This document shows positions 45,718 to 56,157 of a DNA stretch of 64,000 nucleotides, in pieces. Location of the stretch: IMG/VR virus record IMGVR_UViG_3300036985_001339, positions 1,181-65,180 of that record; one strand, given 5' to 3'. The position numbers were made by a program, and so were the translations under genes. This DNA is from a virus (Duplodnaviria > Caudoviricetes). How positions within the stretch are numbered: position 1 is the stretch's first letter; every line of letters starts with the position of its first letter. Under the pieces are notes generated by a model. It searched no databases, was not told the DNA's origin, and worked only from the letters and a program-made list of their open reading frames with translations.

Positions 45718-47412
45718 TTAACTTAATGAAGGAGCGTAGTCTGATGATACAGCAAACAATATAGCTTGTTTATCATAAGTAACTCCAAACTGTGAAGGAT
45801 CTGGAAAAGTAAAAGTACCAATCGCATAAAAACCAGCAGTACCAGACATTGATTGACCATATACTACTGTTCCGTCAGACGGTGGTGTTATATTTATTAT
45901 ATTTCCAAAATATTTATTTTCTTTTTGTTTAAAATTGTTAGTGAACAATTGATCTTCTAACGATGTTAAACTATATGAAACTGTAGCAGAACTAATAGGT
46001 ACTCCAGCATTTGCGTCAGTATATATACTAGTTAAAGCCCAACCAGGTGAACCTTCATAATTAACTGTTTGAAAAGTCTTAGAATAAGAAGGATCTGGAT
46101 TAAATATTACAGTAACATTTGAATCGTATTGTACACCATAAAAATTACATAAAGGCACGTTTGTACTATAATGTTTCCAAAGATTTCCTTGAGCGGCAGT
46201 ATAATATTCTCCTAATAAACTAAAACCATTGTCAGGTCTAAAAGAATAAGTACTTGTCCAACCTAAAGAATCTTCATCAAAACTTAACGTTTTAAACTCT
46301 TCAACATAACCAGATTGATCAGGTCTAGAAGCACCTTTACTTAAAGCAGGTTGCATAGATAGAACATATTGCTTGTTATGCATGTCCCAAGAACCTGTTA
46401 ATTTTCCTGTAGAACCAACTTCTTGCAAATTATCTCTGAAGTAATCTAACATACCAGTGTTTGATATTTCAGTAATACCGTCCTGAGATAGTCTTAAAAC
46501 AGCATTTTGAGTTCTATCGGTAAAGTATTTTCTATATCCGTAAACTGCAAAACTTTCTGGATTTGTACTAATACCGTAATTACCGGCATAAGATTGTACT
46601 TGTCCAATTACCGCCGCTCCTGATGTTGTCATTGCAGAACCTTCAGCAGAATATATAGCGTCTTTATCTATTAATGCTCTACTAACTTTTAGTTCTTGAA
46701 AAACAATTAAGTTTGTATCTTCAGCGTATAATTTCTGTATTGAACCCTGAGAAGGGTCGAGTGTTTTAGTTATGTCCTCTGCTACAGAAAATTGATTGGT
46801 ATTGTTAACACCTGTTCTTGAGTTAAATATTCCTGAATATATAAGAGAACTAGTTCTACTTTGTCTATTTGGAGTATCTTCTACTATATAAGCTTTAACA
46901 CCTAAATCTGTTGATACGTTATTATAACCTCCTCTAATTCTAGATTCTTCTATAAACCAATCTTCAGAACTATTAGCGTCGTATCTAGTAGTAGTACCAA
47001 CTGTGTCTTTAGAACCTGGTATATAGTTAAAATCCCATATCTCACCAAAAGTCAAAGGCACGAATGTAACAGAAGTATCAAACGATGCAGATGTTATTGG
47101 TTTGTCTAAGTATATTCTGTAAACTTGTGGAGACGCTGGAGTCTGTGCTTCTATTCCTGCTATTGTAAAAAAATAAGTAATAGATCCAGGTCCACTCAAT
47201 GGATACGTATAAGAAAGTTTTTGACCAGGACCAAGCGTCGTCAACGCTGGCAATCCAGAAAAAGACAAGTAATCAAAATACATGTTACCACTTGTAAACA
47301 CAAACCTATAAGCTTGAGCCACTGTAGTTGTATATCCAGTTACTGGTTGTATTGATTTTATCTTTTTTAACCAGTATGAGTTAAAATATTTTACTTCTAT
47401 TGTTGCTGCCAT
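45718..47412 (-). CDS. Tail nozzle/stabilisation protein
   Basis: YGIS.NPESF, YFTD and V.RLSQDGIT.IS..GM..YFRD beta-propeller motifs. Confidence 0.7.
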   Translation of the reverse strand: MAATIEVKYFNSYWLKKIKSIQPVTGYTTTVAQAYRFVFTSGNMYFDYLSFSGLPALTTLGPGQKLSYTYPLSGPGSITYFFTIAGIEAQTPASPQVYRIYLDKPITSASFDTSVTFVPLTFGEIWDFNYIPGSKDTVGTTTRYDANSSEDWFIEESRIRGGYNNVSTDLGVKAYIVEDTPNRQSRTSSLIYSGIFNSRTGVNNTNQFSVAEDITKTLDPSQGSIQKLYAEDTNLIVFQELKVSRALIDKDAIYSAEGSAMTTSGAAVIGQVQSYAGNYGISTNPESFAVYGYRKYFTDRTQNAVLRLSQDGITEISNTGMLDYFRDNLQEVGSTGKLTGSWDMHNKQYVLSMQPALSKGASRPDQSGYVEEFKTLSFDEDSLGWTSTYSFRPDNGFSLLGEYYTAAQGNLWKHYSTNVPLCNFYGVQYDSNVTVIFNPDPSYSKTFQTVNYEGSPGWALTSIYTDANAGVPISSATVSYSLTSLEDQLFTNNFKQKENKYFGNIINITPPSDGTVVYGQSMSGTAGFYAIGTFTFPDPSQFGVTYDKQAILFAVSSDYAPSLS

Positions 47413-47414
47413 AA

Positions 47415-47445
47415 CTAATAATTACTTGTTTTTTGTTGTTATTAC
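47415..47445 (-). promoter_or_regulatory. Class-2 promoter GTAAT-N15-GTAATTATTAG
   Basis: Near match with 15-nt spacing. Confidence 0.4.
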
Positions 47446-50400
47446 ACTGGGCATGTTACCGCTGATCCTGTGTAAGTTATCATACCTCCAACCGTTGAAG
47501 TTCCAGCTGCTGATAAACTGTCTTTTCTAACAACTGGATATGATCCTCCATTTGCGGCACTTCCTACTTGTTCTCCTGGATTTAACACACCACCTATTTT
47601 TTGTCTTTTATCTCCACGAAGACCACTCCAAGGCACCTTAAAAGCAGAATTATTAACTATTTTCCATTCCCAACAAAATGTTGGAATATTAATTGTACTA
47701 CCTCCAAATTCGCAAGATCGACAATTCCATTCTTCATATACATCTCCTGGGTTTTGGTTTTGCGTAGCATCGGTTCTAAAAATAAAATTAAAAGCCCTAC
47801 CAGTTGAAGTAGTTACGTTTATTTGTATTTTTAAAGCCTTAGCCGCTCTAGGTACTGGTTGAGTAACGTTTGAAAATAATTCTTTACCAAAAAAAGCATT
47901 CATACTTGACGGCACGGTGCCTACTGTTGGTTGTTCAAAATTAACCTGCCAAGTATATGGTGTTACATAATGTTCTATTTCACCACCTCCTGGAACAGGT
48001 TCGTACCAATGCGATACATAAGAACTATTACTTGCTACTGTTTCGTATTTTCTAAACGCTCTCCAGATATTTACATAACCATAAGTTGTATTAGTCCAAT
48101 TTACACCATTAGGATTTAGTATTGTTCTACTATACCACTGACCACATCCAACTTTCCAGTCTGGAACATTTAATTTTACTGTTCTTACGGTTGAAAGTCC
48201 ACCAGTCGTTTGTAATCCGGCAGTTGTACATGCGTCTTTAAGTCTTACTTTTACTATGTGATCACCTATAGATATTAATGGAAAAGTATTTATTGGTGTT
48301 ACCAAGTCTTTTATCCAAACGTCTCCAGTAGAACTATCTACTCTAAAATTAGTAATGTCACTTGCGCCGTCAGGAAGTATATCATAAAATAAATCTACTA
48401 ACTTATTAGGTCCCCAAAAATAACCAACAGCACCATTATAACCAACTGTATCTACTATTTGATTATTCAATAATGGATCTGATGTTAAGTTATAAACTGG
48501 AAGATTATCAACACTAGGATTTGTTATAATAGGAACTATGTTTGTAAGTCTTAATGTTTCACTTTGTGTTGTTATTATAGATGTATATACAACAGCAGAA
48601 GGTCCAACTCCTACAGTGTGTGTTATTGCAAATGTAAATACAAAACTAGCAAAACTATCTACATTGGTTCCAAAGTAAATATCACTGTCAAGTATTTTTA
48701 TTCTCCAAAAACCTTCTGTTGGACTTCCAGGAGTTGTGTCTTGAACAATTCCAAAAGAAAGACTACAATCATCTCCGTTTCTTCTTTTAGTAGAAAAAAC
48801 TAGATTGTCTATACTGTAAACAGGAACACCTGATGAGTTTTGAAAGTAAAACCAGTTAGTTACCCAAGGTGAATTTTGATCACCTGTTGGATTATTTACG
48901 TCACCATTAAATAATTGGTTTTCTCTATATAAAAATTCTAAAGGAGAATAACCAACTATAGCATCAGAACCACTTGAAATATCCGTGTTTAAGTCAGATA
49001 TGTAACCAGAAGTTGATGTCTCCCAAAAAATATCTAACGCAGAAGTAACTGGTTGAGTTTCGTAAACTCCTAGAAAAGGACTCATGGAATCATAACTAGC
49101 AGGAGGAGCGGTTGTTTGATTAGTAGCTATTACTCCAACTCTTTTTTGAGTTGATACTCTATTTATTAATGGAGAAGTTTCAAATTGATATATATTAAAC
49201 GAAGCAGTTCCATCTATATTTGCTGGATTACTGTTTGGTAAAAAGTTTAACTCTGTTGTTGGTGCAATTGTATTAACAACATCAGGTTGACCTGTTGGGT
49301 AATATTGTCTATTTGTTGTATACGTAGTTGGAGAAGGTGAAGTTCCTGGATTTATTAAAACATTTTCTACTCTAGGCCAAATTTGAGCACTACTTCTGTA
49401 TTGTCTTTGATTAGGACCTACTTCAGACAAATCTCTAGGTATTTTATTTATGTTATCATTTATAGATACAAAATGACATGTTACATCTTGTTCTCCTATA
49501 GGAAAAATAGATGGATTTATACCAACAGTACCGCCAGAACCTGTTGTTGCAAAAGTTTGATTCATTGGGTAACCAGCTAACATTCCAGGAATATAAATAT
49601 TATAGTAATCTTGTTCTTGTTGTTTTACTACAACTTTATAAGAATACCAACCTAATTCATTTATAGAATAAGAATATTTAATGTCAGGTATATTTGTACT
49701 ATCAAAGTTGTAAATTTCACTAATATCACCATCAGTTGTTAAAGAACCTAATGACGAACCAGGTAAAACTTTTACATAGTCAACATATTTTCCTCTTAAA
49801 AAATTACCATCTGCTGGATAATTTACTTGAGCAGGAGAACCTGCTAGAGTATAAGTATAAGTATTTGCATAAACAGTACCTGCTGTTACTTGAAAACCAT
49901 CACTACTTCCAACTATTGAACCTGAAACTGTAGCATATAAACCTGGAGTACCTAAGTTTTCATCTCTATTAGATGTTATCTGAGTATTAAACACTAAAGC
50001 AAGTTGATCTCCAACCCAGTTAATAACGTCTGTTGACCAATTTTCGTTTTTATAAGGAAAGAATACAGAAGAAGCACCAAATATTAAATCTCCAGAAGTA
50101 CTATAAGGACTAGCTGAAGATAGTATTACTGATGATTGTCTACCAAATTTATCTGCTAAAACTACGCCAACCTGGTATGTTCTGTTTTGTTTTAAAGTAT
50201 GATTAGGATATTCTACCCACGTAGTAAATGGTTCATCTTTTTCTAAAACAAGTACGTTATAATCTAAACTAGTTGGAGGTGTACTTTGATTTACAAAGTT
50301 ACCATATATTATTCTATTACCAACACTCTCTTGAGACAATGCTCTTATAGGTATTTTATCATAAACCCTAACGGTATCTGCTTCTGGAAGTGTTTTTCTT

Positions 50401-51686
50401 GGTTTTTGCGAATTATACACGTATGTGTAGATATTTGAAGTAGGAGATTCTAACGCTATAATACTTACGTCTACAGACTGTACGACTTTTACTGCGTTTG
50501 AGTCAGATTCTTTATAAAGAATATCTATAGATTTTACTTTATAAGAATTTACTATATTACCACCTGTGTCAGGTAATTCTATTAAAAGACTAACAGCATT
50601 TACATCATTCTGCATCCAATCTAAAACTGTAGATCTATAAGCAGCATCTTCATTACTGTTTATAAAATAACCTTTTTGTTCTGGAATAAAAGCAGGTTGA
50701 GTAAACGGAGCCATTATAGAATACTCATTGTCATCGTATTTAAACCTATAACTAAATCTAACAAATCTATCAGCTAAGAAATTGTCATTTCCATTTACTG
50801 TAGATTCTATAGCGTTTTTAGACATCATACATCTATAAAAAACTAAATCAGTACCACTTAGTACAGAAGCATAAGAACCAGAAACATATATTGGAACATT
50901 TCCACCACCAGTTGTTGGACCTATGTTTGTTACTATAGCAGAATCACCAACCGTTATACCATTTATAACTAATTGATCACCTGGTTGAACTTGAACGGAA
51001 TTGTAATTTGCTTCGCTTACATAAAATATCGTTTGACCAGCGAGTAAAACTGAATTTGCAACAAGTGATAAACCTATTATTTTTTTATATAGTTCTGGTG
51101 ATGTAAATGGAGCATATTTAGCTACAGATATTTGATCTACTTTTGTATAATATACAGTTGGTGAACCAGCAGGGTTAGAAATTGCTTTGTCTATGTTTAT
51201 TTTTCTAGGTTGATTTCTATTATCAGTCCAGAATAATAAATTCTCTACTAAGTTAACACCTGTTATTAAGTTTGTTATTGAAAAATTTAAGTAAGTACCT
51301 TCTAGTAAAGTTACGTAAGGATTTCCTGTATTTGAAGGATCATATACAGTTACTTTCATCTCTGATCCAGCAGGTGGAAGATTTATATCAGAAGGATTTG
51401 GATCTTGATAGTCTGTCAAAAACTGATATATTCTATTGTTTTCATTATCAACAAAAGATCCAATACAAACTAAATTAGTATTAGATTCAAAAACCTCACT
51501 TCCTGTTGGAGTTTGTTTTCTAAGTTGATAATTTCCTAATATATTTTGTAAAGAACCTACACTTTGACTTTCAGACTTACCTACAGATATATTTAAAGCA
51601 TCTCTATATTCTCCGTTTGGCAACAATCTGTTGTCAACGTCTTTATTCATTTTGCCTTTTAAAAAACTATTTTTTGCTTCAGCCAT
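47442..51686 (-). CDS. Large tail stabilisation protein
   Basis: MNKD.D.RLLP.GEYRDALNI, LLFWTDNRNQPRKIN and RIIYGNF. Confidence 0.75.
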   Translation of the reverse strand: MAEAKNSFLKGKMNKDVDNRLLPNGEYRDALNISVGKSESQSVGSLQNILGNYQLRKQTPTGSEVFESNTNLVCIGSFVDNENNRIYQFLTDYQDPNPSDINLPPAGSEMKVTVYDPSNTGNPYVTLLEGTYLNFSITNLITGVNLVENLLFWTDNRNQPRKINIDKAISNPAGSPTVYYTKVDQISVAKYAPFTSPELYKKIIGLSLVANSVLLAGQTIFYVSEANYNSVQVQPGDQLVINGITVGDSAIVTNIGPTTGGGNVPIYVSGSYASVLSGTDLVFYRCMMSKNAIESTVNGNDNFLADRFVRFSYRFKYDDNEYSIMAPFTQPAFIPEQKGYFINSNEDAAYRSTVLDWMQNDVNAVSLLIELPDTGGNIVNSYKVKSIDILYKESDSNAVKVVQSVDVSIIALESPTSNIYTYVYNSQKPRKTLPEADTVRVYDKIPIRALSQESVGNRIIYGNFVNQSTPPTSLDYNVLVLEKDEPFTTWVEYPNHTLKQNRTYQVGVVLADKFGRQSSVILSSASPYSTSGDLIFGASSVFFPYKNENWSTDVINWVGDQLALVFNTQITSNRDENLGTPGLYATVSGSIVGSSDGFQVTAGTVYANTYTYTLAGSPAQVNYPADGNFLRGKYVDYVKVLPGSSLGSLTTDGDISEIYNFDSTNIPDIKYSYSINELGWYSYKVVVKQQEQDYYNIYIPGMLAGYPMNQTFATTGSGGTVGINPSIFPIGEQDVTCHFVSINDNINKIPRDLSEVGPNQRQYRSSAQIWPRVENVLINPGTSPSPTTYTTNRQYYPTGQPDVVNTIAPTTELNFLPNSNPANIDGTASFNIYQFETSPLINRVSTQKRVGVIATNQTTAPPASYDSMSPFLGVYETQPVTSALDIFWETSTSGYISDLNTDISSGSDAIVGYSPLEFLYRENQLFNGDVNNPTGDQNSPWVTNWFYFQNSSGVPVYSIDNLVFSTKRRNGDDCSLSFGIVQDTTPGSPTEGFWRIKILDSDIYFGTNVDSFASFVFTFAITHTVGVGPSAVVYTSIITTQSETLRLTNIVPIITNPSVDNLPVYNLTSDPLLNNQIVDTVGYNGAVGYFWGPNKLVDLFYDILPDGASDITNFRVDSSTGDVWIKDLVTPINTFPLISIGDHIVKVRLKDACTTAGLQTTGGLSTVRTVKLNVPDWKVGCGQWYSRTILNPNGVNWTNTTYGYVNIWRAFRKYETVASNSSYVSHWYEPVPGGGEIEHYVTPYTWQVNFEQPTVGTVPSSMNAFFGKELFSNVTQPVPRAAKALKIQINVTTSTGRAFNFIFRTDATQNQNPGDVYEEWNCRSCEFGGSTINIPTFCWEWKIVNNSAFKVPWSGLRGDKRQKIGGVLNPGEQVGSAANGGSYPVVRKDSLSAAGTSTVGGMITYTGSAVTCPV

Positions 51687-51691
51687 TTTTT

Positions 51692-52918
51692 TTAATGTTT
51701 AATCCATTTAGATTGACCTCTTAATACTTGAGTTATCTCTTCTAATTTTATATTTGATAATCTAATCTTCGTGTTTCTTAGTTTAGCACCTTTTTCTTGT
51801 TTAAGTCTTTGTACAAGATATTCAGGAGAACCAATTCTTAAAGAAATAACAGCATGCAATATATAAGCATACATCGCTTCTTCTGCCATCTTAGGTACTC
51901 TAGAGTCTAAATCATAAGCAAGTCCATCAGAAACGTACTCTAATACTATTAATCTACCTACAAGATCACTACTAAAAGAAATTTTACCTTCTCTTTCATT
52001 CATTGTAAAGTAACCATTAACATTTGCTGTCTGTGGATCTAAACCATATCTTCTACTATAAAAAGCATTTTGTAACCAAACCCCGTTATTACTCCAATCA
52101 CCTATAAAGTTATTAGCATCATAACTTATTGATAGAAAGTTATTTGTTTTCCATCGATGTTCTGTTAAAGAATCTCCTTCTATATTGGAATCAAAGTTAT
52201 CTTGTATTGGTACACCTCTAGAATCCTGTACTGGATTTTCATAAGGATCAATAGTGATATTATTTGTTGGATATATAATATGTTTTATACCAGCAGCGTC
52301 TATCCAAGAAAGTCTAACATAGTTAACATAATCTTGAGGCAATACAACACTTAAACTAGGTGGTATATTTAACTCCATTGATTTTATACTCTTCAACGTA
52401 TCGTAACTAAATTCTTGCATACTTCTTTTAGCATGAAATATTACGTCAGTTCTTTTAACAGAACCTATTAATTTTCCATCACCTACGTAAGCAACCATAA
52501 AGTTATTTATAACATCGTTTAGTGTTATGTAAGAATATCCACCATAGTTTTCTTCAACTATATTTCCAAAAGCTTTTTCAGAAATGTTTTGACCATAGTT
52601 TCCACCATCTAATATTTTTAACTGTACTACTATGTATTCATTACTACTAGGAGCTATTGGAAAAGTTATAGTATTACCGATTACTGAATATTGAGAAACT
52701 ACTTCACCAAAACTTCCAGGAAGTCCAGTAGAACTAGCATATAATTTAAAGTTATTTAAAGCATAATCAGTGTCTGTTGGATCCCAACTTTCAAAAACTA
52801 AATCAGTATTAAACGTTGTTGTAAACGAAGTCTCCAATGAATCTCCTTGAAAACCCTGTGCTCCTTCGTAGTATTGTCTATTTGTTTCAGTAATTAAACC
52901 GTTATTTGGAATTGGCAT
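51692..52918 (-). CDS. Tail ring/connector protein
   Basis: LPQDYVNYV and LEYVSDG; position. Confidence 0.65.
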   Translation of the reverse strand: MPIPNNGLITETNRQYYEGAQGFQGDSLETSFTTTFNTDLVFESWDPTDTDYALNNFKLYASSTGLPGSFGEVVSQYSVIGNTITFPIAPSSNEYIVVQLKILDGGNYGQNISEKAFGNIVEENYGGYSYITLNDVINNFMVAYVGDGKLIGSVKRTDVIFHAKRSMQEFSYDTLKSIKSMELNIPPSLSVVLPQDYVNYVRLSWIDAAGIKHIIYPTNNITIDPYENPVQDSRGVPIQDNFDSNIEGDSLTEHRWKTNNFLSISYDANNFIGDWSNNGVWLQNAFYSRRYGLDPQTANVNGYFTMNEREGKISFSSDLVGRLIVLEYVSDGLAYDLDSRVPKMAEEAMYAYILHAVISLRIGSPEYLVQRLKQEKGAKLRNTKIRLSNIKLEEITQVLRGQSKWIKH

Positions 52919-52924
52919 TTTTTA

Positions 52925-53671
52925 TTAGCTTTTTGAGTTAATGTTTTCTAGTTGTACTTGTTGAGCAGCTGCTTGCACTATCTGTTGATCTTTTATTATT
53001 ATACCAGAATACATTAAAATTCTAGTTATTATATTAACTTGTTCAGTTGGATGTAAATCAAAGTCTTGTGAACCATTAGGATTTGTAATAGGATCATATT
53101 GTACTGGATTATATACATACTGATAAGAAGGTGCAGACGTAGTAAAACCCCATATTGGATTATAAGGTTTTCTTAAGTAAGTACAAGATATTACCCCAGG
53201 ACCACTAATAGTAGTTGGATATACTTTTATATTAAAATTTTTGTATGTATATACTGGCCAATAAACTGAAGGTTTAGTAATTGGTGACAAGTTAAGTTCT
53301 AATAGTTCATTTGGTTGAACATACTGAACCTCTTTCTCATCTTTGTATATAACTGTACCTAACTTGTAAAGTTCAGGTTGTGGATTTGATGTAGGTATAT
53401 TTAAAGTAAATACTCCACTAGAATAATCACACGGAGTATATTCTTGGAATATTGCTATTTTTTCTTCTAAGTTTTTTATACGATCGCTGTATTCACTGTC
53501 ATTACCTGGAACACGTATTTGTTGATTTAGATCTTCAAAGTATTCATTGAATATTTCAAGTTGAACTTGAGCCGCCGTTCTATTGAATTCGTCCGGTGTT
53601 AAATATCCTCTTTGTTCTTTGTTTATTATTAATAAAACAGTTCTATAAACCGTATTCACATTTACCGCCAT
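52925..53671 (-). CDS. Tail ring/adaptor protein
   Basis: NKEQRGYLTP.EFN and YLRKP. Confidence 0.65.
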   Translation of the reverse strand: MAVNVNTVYRTVLLIINKEQRGYLTPDEFNRTAAQVQLEIFNEYFEDLNQQIRVPGNDSEYSDRIKNLEEKIAIFQEYTPCDYSSGVFTLNIPTSNPQPELYKLGTVIYKDEKEVQYVQPNELLELNLSPITKPSVYWPVYTYKNFNIKVYPTTISGPGVISCTYLRKPYNPIWGFTTSAPSYQYVYNPVQYDPITNPNGSQDFDLHPTEQVNIITRILMYSGIIIKDQQIVQAAAQQVQLENINSKS

Positions 53672-53694
53672 CTCGTATATTTATTATAGTATTA

Positions 53695-53719
53695 AGGCGA
53701 TAACTGATAGCTACCGCCT
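53695..53719 (-). terminator. Hairpin after 53738..54598
   Basis: AGGCGGTAGCT/AGTTATCGCCT stem on the minus strand. Confidence 0.5.
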
Positions 53720-53754
53720 ATATACTAGTATTACATGTTATTTTAATTTTTTCT
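53718..53754 (-). promoter_or_regulatory. Possible class-2 promoter AGAAA-N15-GTAATACTAG
   Basis: Weak upstream element. Confidence 0.35.
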
Positions 53755-54598
53755 CTATAGACTTAAAGACTGCTACGCCTTCATCTGTCTTAAAAAACGC
53801 GGCCATTGCTGAGTATGGATTTTCATCAAATGGTACCGTCATTAATTTTCTATCATTATCTGCCCACATAAATGTTCTATGGTCTTGTGATAGTTTTATG
53901 ATATTTGCTTCTGTAGCTACAATAGCCATGTTTCTAAGTTGAACATTATCGTCGTTCGCTAATTCTAAGAACAAATGAGGATTTCTTCTAGCGAATAGTA
54001 TCAAATCTCTTTTTATCTCCTTAGAACTCATCTTAGTAACCCCAGAACCAATCTCTACCCTTAAAATAGCTTCAGCAACATCTACGTCCATCTCAAAAGC
54101 AGCATTTAATGCATACAATTCTAATTCTAGACTACCTAAATCATCTTCAGCTTCAACAACAGCATCAAATTCAGTATATTTTGTTCCTAAACCAGGGTGA
54201 TATATTGATAATAATTTTTGTAAATTTTGTTTTTCTTTTGGAACGAATAGAGTTCCGTTCTCAAAAATGATATGACCTAGAGTTACTTGACCTTTTTGTT
54301 CGTCCACTAATGGAGAGTTCTGATTAGTCGCGTATCTTAATTCTCTTTGTTCACCTTTTTCTTTATCAAACCATAACAATGGGTATCTCAACGTATGTCT
54401 ACTAGCTAGAGTAAACGTTAAAGGAGAGTGATATTCAGCTATTAAATAGGTTCTATCTTTTATTTCCCAGTTATTTTTTGGAGGTTTTACCTCAACTTGT
54501 TTTGGTTTTTCAACCACTTCAACATGATCTTGTACTTCAACATCATTTGTTTCTACGTATTCTACTTCTTTTACTTTTGTTTTTTGCGTTGTCGCCAT
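53738..54598 (-). CDS. Hypothetical protein downstream of the capsid gene
   Basis: 286-aa ORF in the head module. Confidence 0.7.
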   Translation of the reverse strand: MATTQKTKVKEVEYVETNDVEVQDHVEVVEKPKQVEVKPPKNNWEIKDRTYLIAEYHSPLTFTLASRHTLRYPLLWFDKEKGEQRELRYATNQNSPLVDEQKGQVTLGHIIFENGTLFVPKEKQNLQKLLSIYHPGLGTKYTEFDAVVEAEDDLGSLELELYALNAAFEMDVDVAEAILRVEIGSGVTKMSSKEIKRDLILFARRNPHLFLELANDDNVQLRNMAIVATEANIIKLSQDHRTFMWADNDRKLMTVPFDENPYSAMAAFFKTDEGVAVFKSIEKKLK

Positions 54599-54624
54599 AA
54601 TATAATATAATTTAATAAATTTTT

Positions 54625-54670
54625 AAAAGGTAATAATTACCCCCGTAAATTCAACGAGGGTAATATCACC
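54625..54670 (-). terminator. Terminator after the major capsid gene
   Basis: ATTACCCCCGT/ACGAGGGTAAT stem plus T-rich tail. Confidence 0.65.
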
Positions 54671-54676
54671 ATATTT

Positions 54677-56146
54677 TTACACTGATGCAGTGAACAATAC
54701 GAAATTGTTAGCAGCTTGTGTAACTAAACATCTTTCTGACAAGAAGTGTACCTCCATTGCATCAAGATCAGAAGTGTAAGCACCTCCAACAGATCCAGTG
54801 ATCCAAGATTTCATACGTCTGTCATCAGCTTGGTTAGCTCTATAACGAACGTGTAAGAATGGACGACGAATGTTAGTACCTAATTGTTGGTCATATACTG
54901 TAGATGTTCCAGCAGGGATAAGTACACCATCGATAGATGTGTTAGCCATACCACCACGAGTAGAAGCATCGTTTAAGTATTTCCAGTCAGTTTTGTAGAA
55001 ATCATAAGAACCTCTACGGAAACCTGTGAAACCTAAGTTAAGAGACATTTCAGCAGAGTTTTCAAATAAACCATAACCAACACCACCATTAGATCCTTGA
55101 GATAAACTAGCAAGCATATCATCAAAGTCAAGTGAAGTAGCTCTGTTCAAGAAGAACATGTTTTCTTCAACTGCTCCTTGAGTATCTAAGTTTTTCAAGA
55201 TTGAATCGAAATCAGACAATCCAGATGCAGCACTAAAGTTATTAAGTACATTACCTCTTTGTTTGATAGCAGCGAAAAGACCTTGAGTTCCTTTGTAGTT
55301 AACTCCATTAGCAGCAATGATACCAGCAACACCAGAACCTGAAGCAGCTAATTCACCTTCAATAACAGACATTTCCAAGTAATCTTCAAAACGTAATCTT
55401 GTTTCAGATTCAGCTTTTAAGTACCACAAGAATCCACCAGTACCGTCTTCAGTAGCAACTTCAACCCAACCGATTTGAGCAGTATCAGATCCATTGATAG
55501 AATATTTAGATTTGATAATGATTGGAGAGTTAGAGAACTGTGTGAATGATGGTGTGATAGAGTTAATAGTAGCATCTGTAGTTCCTTTTTTGAATTCAGA
55601 ACCATAAACGAAGATTTTAAGACCAGTAGCTCCAGAGAAAGAAACTGCACCAGAAGTTAAACTTGCTTGAGTATAAGTAGCAACAGTAATTGTAGCTAAT
55701 GTAGGAGAAGTATCAACACTTCCAGTAACAAGAACTTTAAGTTCAGTTCCAGTAGCAGGATTCATAACAACTAAAGTTTGACCTACTGAGATTACGTTTT
55801 GTACGTAAGTAGAAGGAACGTTACCGTTAACTGCGTTAAGAACGAATGTTAAAGTTGTAGCAGAAGCACATATTACATCTGTGTAAGCAACGTGTAATCT
55901 GTTTTGTTCAGACCAAACGATTTGATCAGAAGACATAGGCATTTCAGCACCTACCATACGTAAGAATCCAGAAAGAGTTCTGTTTCCGTAACGTTCTACT
56001 TCTGCTTCGTAGATTTCTGGTAAATATTGTTGAGCAAAAGTATTTGCTTCACTTCCTGGAGTAGTAAAATTTAAGTAATTTGACTCTAAAGGTTGTTGTT
56101 TCTGGCTCGGTTTAATTGAACCGAACTGAGGAATTACGTTAGACAT
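54677..56146 (-). CDS. Major capsid protein
   Basis: Follows portal and scaffold; strong codon bias; followed by a terminator. Confidence 0.85.
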   Translation of the reverse strand: MSNVIPQFGSIKPSQKQQPLESNYLNFTTPGSEANTFAQQYLPEIYEAEVERYGNRTLSGFLRMVGAEMPMSSDQIVWSEQNRLHVAYTDVICASATTLTFVLNAVNGNVPSTYVQNVISVGQTLVVMNPATGTELKVLVTGSVDTSPTLATITVATYTQASLTSGAVSFSGATGLKIFVYGSEFKKGTTDATINSITPSFTQFSNSPIIIKSKYSINGSDTAQIGWVEVATEDGTGGFLWYLKAESETRLRFEDYLEMSVIEGELAASGSGVAGIIAANGVNYKGTQGLFAAIKQRGNVLNNFSAASGLSDFDSILKNLDTQGAVEENMFFLNRATSLDFDDMLASLSQGSNGGVGYGLFENSAEMSLNLGFTGFRRGSYDFYKTDWKYLNDASTRGGMANTSIDGVLIPAGTSTVYDQQLGTNIRRPFLHVRYRANQADDRRMKSWITGSVGGAYTSDLDAMEVHFLSERCLVTQAANNFVLFTASV

Positions 56147-56157
56147 AATTTTTAATT

